From positions 60,819 to 92,818 of the forward strand of contig NZ_CP046222.1 in the NCBI RefSeq assembly GCF_012571795.1: a stretch of DNA of 32,000 nucleotides. Reading direction: 5' to 3'. A program made the translations under genes and the position numbers. The DNA comes from Candidatus Saccharimonadota bacterium (lineage in GTDB: Bacteria > Pseudomonadota > Gammaproteobacteria > Enterobacterales > Enterobacteriaceae). The stretch's first letter is position 1. Each line of letters begins with the position of its first letter. The notes under the pieces were generated by a model. That model saw only the letters and a program-made list of their open reading frames with translations. It had not been told where the DNA came from and made no database searches. Shown piece by piece: positions 27,335 through 32,000 of the stretch.

Positions 27335-29158
27335 TTAATAAATATGTTCTGTACAAATAGAATATATATTTTTAAAATATGTAATATAATTTGTTAAAAT
27401 AATATTTGTTTTAAAAGTATCAGAAAGATTATTTATATTTGATAATGATAATATTTTATTATATAAAAAAATATTTTTATGTATTTTTGTTATTATATCA
27501 AAAAAATACATAGGATTTTTTTGATAATCATTATTAAACTGTAACTTTATATATTTTAAATGTGTTAATTGAGCTATTTTATTAATAGCATCATCAAAAT
27601 CACCTAATTTATCTACTAAACCGTATTTTTTTGCCTCATAACCTAATATTACCATGCCATTAGATATTTTTTTTACATTTTGTATTGATTGTTTTCTATA
27701 ATGAGATATTGTATAAATAAATTGATTATATATGTTTTCCATACTTAATTGTATGATTTGTTTTTGTACACAAGATAATGGTTGAAAAAACATATCATTA
27801 GATCTTTGAGAAATATTAACACCATCTGTATAAATACCAAAATTATTTAAGGTTTTATCTATAGTATTTACAATACTAAAAACACCAATTGAACCAGTTA
27901 ATGTCATAGGATCACTAATAATATAATCAGCAATAGTAGAAATAAAATAAGCACCAGATGCTGCCATAGAATCCATTATTACAACAATAGGTTTATTTAT
28001 ATTTTTTAGAGTTTTTAATTCGTCAAAAATTAATTGAGATGCTAGTACACTACCCCCAGGACTATTAATTTTTAATATTAATCCTTTTATATTAGGATTT
28101 AAATAAACATAATGAATATTATTAATAATATTATGTAATTTATCATTAAATTCTATAATACCGTTAATATTAATAACCGCAATATTACCTAAACTATTTT
28201 TTTTATACATGAATATATTATGGATATAATTATCTATATTAATATGTTTATATGTAGTATGTGTATTATCCCAACCAAATTTTTTAATCATCCTATTTTC
28301 AAAAATAGTATTAGTCAATAACTTATCTACTAAATGAGTTTTAAGTGCATATAATGCTAAATTACCATGATATATTTTTAAAATATTAATAAATTTTTCA
28401 TCAGAAAAAAATATATTTGATGATTTTATATGTCTATTATATGAAATAGAATTTAAAAAATGTTTCCATAAAGTATTAATTAATTGAGTAAAAAAAATTT
28501 TATTTTTTATTGACATGTTATTATTTGAAAATGATTCAATTGCTGATTTATATTCTCCTATTTTAAAAATATTTGATGTAACATTAAAATTATTTAAGAA
28601 TTTTTTATAATAAAATCTATTTATACTTAATCCATGTAAATCTATATAACCATGAGGATTTAATATAATTTGATTTGCAAAACTTGCAATATAATATTGT
28701 TCTTGTGTATATATATTACCTATAGCATATATAGGTTTACCAGATTGTTTAAACTCTTTTAAATATTTACCTAAATAATGCAATGCTGATATATCATCTA
28801 TAACTAAATCATTCATTTTTAGTACAATACCAGTAATATTTTTATCATATTTGGCATGTTGGATAGATTTAGCTATATAAAATATAGCATTTGGATTATA
28901 ATTATTTGAAAAATTATGGAATATATTTGATATTTTATTATTATTTATAGTATCAGAAAAATTTTTTTGAAAATTAATTTCTAATATTGTTTTAGTATAT
29001 GTATTATTATAATTTTTATAATAATTATTATAAAAATATATACTAGTGAATAATACTACTATTATAAATAATAAATTAAAAATAAAAATTCTAATAAAAT
29101 TAATAATTGAACAAATACAACAACATAAATATTTTAGTAGCTTCAACAAGCTAATCAT
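27335..29158 (-). CDS. sppA: signal peptide peptidase A (protease IV)
   Basis: 607 aa, close to the E. coli SppA length (618). It has an N-terminal transmembrane segment and a duplicated ClpP/crotonase-like fold. The catalytic-Ser context is MDSMAASGAYFIS (E. coli MAASGGYWIS). Confidence 0.9.
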   Translation of the reverse strand: MISLLKLLKYLCCCICSIINFIRIFIFNLLFIIVVLFTSIYFYNNYYKNYNNTYTKTILEINFQKNFSDTINNNKISNIFHNFSNNYNPNAIFYIAKSIQHAKYDKNITGIVLKMNDLVIDDISALHYLGKYLKEFKQSGKPIYAIGNIYTQEQYYIASFANQIILNPHGYIDLHGLSINRFYYKKFLNNFNVTSNIFKIGEYKSAIESFSNNNMSIKNKIFFTQLINTLWKHFLNSISYNRHIKSSNIFFSDEKFINILKIYHGNLALYALKTHLVDKLLTNTIFENRMIKKFGWDNTHTTYKHINIDNYIHNIFMYKKNSLGNIAVININGIIEFNDKLHNIINNIHYVYLNPNIKGLILKINSPGGSVLASQLIFDELKTLKNINKPIVVIMDSMAASGAYFISTIADYIISDPMTLTGSIGVFSIVNTIDKTLNNFGIYTDGVNISQRSNDMFFQPLSCVQKQIIQLSMENIYNQFIYTISHYRKQSIQNVKKISNGMVILGYEAKKYGLVDKLGDFDDAINKIAQLTHLKYIKLQFNNDYQKNPMYFFDIITKIHKNIFLYNKILSLSNINNLSDTFKTNIILTNYITYFKNIYSICTEHIY

Positions 29159-29198
29159 TTTTACACCTAGTTATATAAAATAATAATATAAAATAATA

Positions 29199-30002
29199 TT
29201 AAATTTTAAGTTCAATCCAAATTGGGGCATGATCCGAAGGTTTTATCATATTACGAATATTATAATCTATATCAGAATTTACATAATATTTTTTTAAACT
29301 TTTGCTAATAAAAATAACATCAATACGCAATCCAATATTTTTAATATTACTTTTAAATCTATAATCAAACCAAGAAAACTTATTATTAATATTTGGATGC
29401 ATTATTCTCCAAATATCATATAATCCCCATTTTATTAAACGATATACACATAATCTTTCTTCAGGTAAAAAAGAACACTTTCCTAATTTTAACCATTTTT
29501 GACGATTATATGTATTAAAACCAATATCTAAATCAGTAATACTAACATTAATATCTCCCATCATAATAATATGATCAGTAGGTTTTAAATTATTAACAAA
29601 AAATTTATATAAATTATTAAAAAAATATATTTTTTCATTAAATTTGATTGTATTAAATCGATTATCTCCTTGAGGAAAATAACAATTAATAATTTTAATA
29701 TTACCAATAGCACTATTTATTTCCATCATAATAAATCTTTTTTGATCAATATTAAAATTAAAATTTTTTTTTTGTATATTAAAAGAATTATAACGACTTA
29801 ATAAAGCTACACCATGATTTTTTTTTTGTCCATGTACATATATATTATATCCTAATTTTATGAATTCTTCTTTAGGAAACAAAGTATTTGTAACTTTTGT
29901 TTCTTGTAACCCAATAATATCAGGATTTTTTACTTTTATTAAATATTTTACTTGATGTAAATGTGCTCTAATTCCATTAACATTAAATGAAACAATTTTC
30001 AT
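29199..30002 (-). CDS. xthA: exodeoxyribonuclease III
   Basis: MKIVSFNVNGIRAH matches the E. coli XthA N-terminus MKFVSFNINGLRAR. GLQETK, MGDINVS, GKCSFLPEER, FSWFDYR and the C-terminal PSDHAPIW are present. An alternative upstream ATG at 30017 adds 5 aa. Confidence 0.9.
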   Translation of the reverse strand: MKIVSFNVNGIRAHLHQVKYLIKVKNPDIIGLQETKVTNTLFPKEEFIKLGYNIYVHGQKKNHGVALLSRYNSFNIQKKNFNFNIDQKRFIMMEINSAIGNIKIINCYFPQGDNRFNTIKFNEKIYFFNNLYKFFVNNLKPTDHIIMMGDINVSITDLDIGFNTYNRQKWLKLGKCSFLPEERLCVYRLIKWGLYDIWRIMHPNINNKFSWFDYRFKSNIKNIGLRIDVIFISKSLKKYYVNSDIDYNIRNMIKPSDHAPIWIELKI

Positions 30003-30057
30003 ATTTATAATAAACATAAATTATATTTAAATTATAATATAATATATATTATTTTAA

Positions 30058-30882
30058 TTATACATATAATGTAGCATGTTTAAAATTAATAACTATATTT
30101 TTTAATTTTTTGAATAAATATTCAGGATTATGTTGATACTTATTAATTTTATTAATAATAAATGATCCGACTATGACTCCTTTAACACCATTTTTAATAG
30201 CTTGTTTAATATAATCAGTATTATAAATACCAAATCCTTGTACTGGTACAGATTTATGATATTTAAATATCTTTTTACATATTTGTTTTGTAGATAATAA
30301 ATCATTATTTTTTATATTATATCCAGTAATACCAGATCTAGAAACTACATAAATGTATGCACATTGAAATAACACTATTTGATTCCAAAAATTATTATCA
30401 GCATTAGGCGGGCATAATAAAACTGGTAATATATTATATTTTTTAGAAAATTGATAATATATTTTATATTCTATTAAAGGAATATCTACTATTAATATAG
30501 AATCAATGCCAGCATTATAAGCTTGTTTATAAAAATCATTTATTCCATAGGAACAAATGATATTAGCATATATTAAAATGCCAATTGGTATATTTATATA
30601 TTTTTTTCTAATTTGTTTAATAATTTTAAAACACATAATAATATTTATGTTTAATTTTAATACTCTATTATAAGATTTCTGAATAATTAATCCATCAGCT
30701 ATTGGATCAGAAAATGGTATACCTAATTCTAATGCATCAGCACCATTATTAATTAATATATCAATAATATGCATAAATATAGTTATTGATGGATCTCCTA
30801 TAGTAACAAAAGGTATAAAAGCAACTTCTTTTTTTTTTTTTAATATTTTAAACATATTATTATAGCGATTATTCATATGCAT
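30058..30882 (-). CDS. trpA: tryptophan synthase alpha chain
   Basis: 274 aa. FIPFVTIGDPS, GADALELGIPFSDPIADG and QGFGI match E. coli TrpA. The start may be the third codon (ATG at 30876). Contains an in-frame A13 run (T13 on the + strand, 30829..30841). Confidence 0.9.
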   Translation of the reverse strand: MHMNNRYNNMFKILKKKKEVAFIPFVTIGDPSITIFMHIIDILINNGADALELGIPFSDPIADGLIIQKSYNRVLKLNINIIMCFKIIKQIRKKYINIPIGILIYANIICSYGINDFYKQAYNAGIDSILIVDIPLIEYKIYYQFSKKYNILPVLLCPPNADNNFWNQIVLFQCAYIYVVSRSGITGYNIKNNDLLSTKQICKKIFKYHKSVPVQGFGIYNTDYIKQAIKNGVKGVIVGSFIINKINKYQHNPEYLFKKLKNIVINFKHATLYV

Positions 30883-30898
30883 GTGCTAACTTCTCCAT

Positions 30899-32000
30899 TT
30901 AAGATATATAATTATGTACTATATTAGTATCTTTATCACCTCTACCAGAGAGATTGACTACTAATATTTGTTTTTTTTTAATATCTCTTTGTATAATTTT
31001 TAAAGCATAAGCTAATGCATGTGATGATTCTAATGCAGGGATAATGCCTTCTTTTTTACACAAAATTTTAAAAGCTTGTACTGCTTCATTATCAGTAACA
31101 GTTACATATTTTACTTGTTTCGTATGATATAAATATGCATGTTCAGGACCAACTGCAGGGAAATCTAATCCTGCTGAAATAGAATATGAATTTAAAATCT
31201 GGTGATCTTTATTTTGTAAAATATTAGTTTTCATACCAAAATATATTCCCTTTGTGCCATGTGTTATTGCAGCACCATGTTTATTGGTATGAATACCCAT
31301 ACCTCCAGGTTCTACACCAATTAATTGTATAGATTTATTTTTTAAAAAATGTGAAAAAAAACCAATAGCATTAGAACCACCACCTACACATGCAATCATT
31401 ATATTAGGTAATTTATTTTCTAATAAGATTATTTCTTTTTTTATTTCTTTACTAATAATACTTTGAAATGTATGTACCATAGTAGGATATGGATGTGGTC
31501 CAGCAGCTGTTCCTATAAGATAATGACTATGTTCATAATTATTTGACCAATAACGTATAGCTTCATTACATGCATCTTTAAGTGTACTATTAGGTGATTT
31601 TACTTCAATTATTTTAGCACCTATCAGTTTAATTTTAATAACATTATCATTTTGTCTTTTTATATCTTTACTACCCATAAAAATTTTGCATTTTAGACCT
31701 AACAAAGCTGAAACTATAGCAGTTGCTATACCATGTTGTCCCGCACCAGTTTCAGCTATAATTTCTTTTTTACCCATATTTTTTGCTATTAATGCTTGTG
31801 CTAATGCTTGATTTATTTTATGTGAACCACTATGTAATAAATCTTCTCTTTTTAAATAAAGAGTTGTATTTGTTCCCATAGTTAAATTTTTACATAATGT
31901 TAATGGACTTGGACGTCCTACATAATTAGTTAATAATGTGTGTAATTGTTTATTAAAATTAGGATCTTGTTTATATTTCATAAAAGCTTCTTCTAATTTT
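30899..32000 (-). CDS. trpB: tryptophan synthase beta chain (5' end runs off the right edge of the window)
   Basis: [23 protein letters not shown] (PLP Lys), GGGSNAIG and LSGRGDKD are present. The reading frame continues upstream of the ORF-track Met: 31982..32000 reads ...KLEEAF, aligning with E. coli RQLEEAF. The true start therefore lies beyond 32000. Confidence 0.95.
   Translation of the reverse strand, partial: KLEEAFMKYKQDPNFNKQLHTLLTNYVGRPSPLTLCKNLTMGTNTTLYLKREDLLHSGSHKINQALAQALIAKNMGKKEIIAETGAGQHGIATAIVSALLGLKCKIFMGSKDIKRQNDNVIKIKLIGAKIIEVKSPNSTLKDACNEAIRYWSNNYEHSHYLIGTAAGPHPYPTMVHTFQSIISKEIKKEIILLENKLPNIMIACVGGGSNAIGFFSHFLKNKSIQLIGVEPGGMGIHTNKHGAAITHGTKGIYFGMKTNILQNKDHQILNSYSISAGLDFPAVGPEHAYLYHTKQVKYVTVTDNEAVQAFKILCKKEGIIPALESSHALAYALKIIQRDIKKKQILVVNLSGRGDKDTNIVHNYIS

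Noticed and set aside
1-32000. Search for CRISPR repeats, IS elements or transposases, integrases, phage genes, toxin-antitoxin pairs, restriction-modification or other defence or accessory islands
   Set aside because: Every ORF of meaningful length is accounted for by a housekeeping orthologue in E. coli-like order. No spacer exceeds about 240 nt and I saw no regularly spaced direct repeats. I find no evidence for a novel multi-gene system in this window.

Overview
This window is extremely AT-rich. Intergenic stretches are almost pure A/T, and coding regions are roughly 15-25% GC by eye. It is gene-dense, about 93% genic by my tally, and every gene is a housekeeping gene.

The proteins match Escherichia coli orthologues recalled from memory, and the genes fall into blocks that keep E. 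coli local order:
- ackA-pta
- cysT-leuZ
- truA
- dacA-lipB-lipA-cspE
- fabI
- pntAB
- fnr
- rne / rluC-rpmF-fabD-fabG-acpP-fabF-mltG-tmk-holB-ptsG-hinT
- cvrA
- gapA
- sppA
- xthA
- trpBA

This is the signature of a reduced-genome obligate insect endosymbiont of Enterobacterales descent (Buchnera, Blochmannia or Wigglesworthia type). I cannot name the organism from the sequence alone.

I see no mobile elements, CRISPR arrays, phage genes, toxin-antitoxin pairs or defence genes. I do not find a novel multi-gene system here, and I consider this an ordinary core-genome region.

The observations worth a second look are small-scale:
1. fabD is split by a 1-nt frameshift inside an A10 run. Adding one A, as transcriptional slippage would, restores a full-length protein.
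2. The conserved rpmF-fab-ptsG cluster has lost yceD, plsX, fabH, pabC and ycfH locally.
3. The C-terminal 300 codons of rne are an N/K/I/F/Y low-complexity tail. It stays open in roughly 90% AT sequence and ends in a GC-richer motif resembling the E. coli PNPase-binding segment.
4. A 42-nt perfect palindrome lies in the rne/rluC divergent spacer.
5. cspE is a near-E. coli-identical GC island with a terminator-like hairpin in its leader.
6. FNR is retained with all Fe-S ligands and DNA-reading residues.
7. Many in-frame A10-A13 homopolymers sit in otherwise intact genes.
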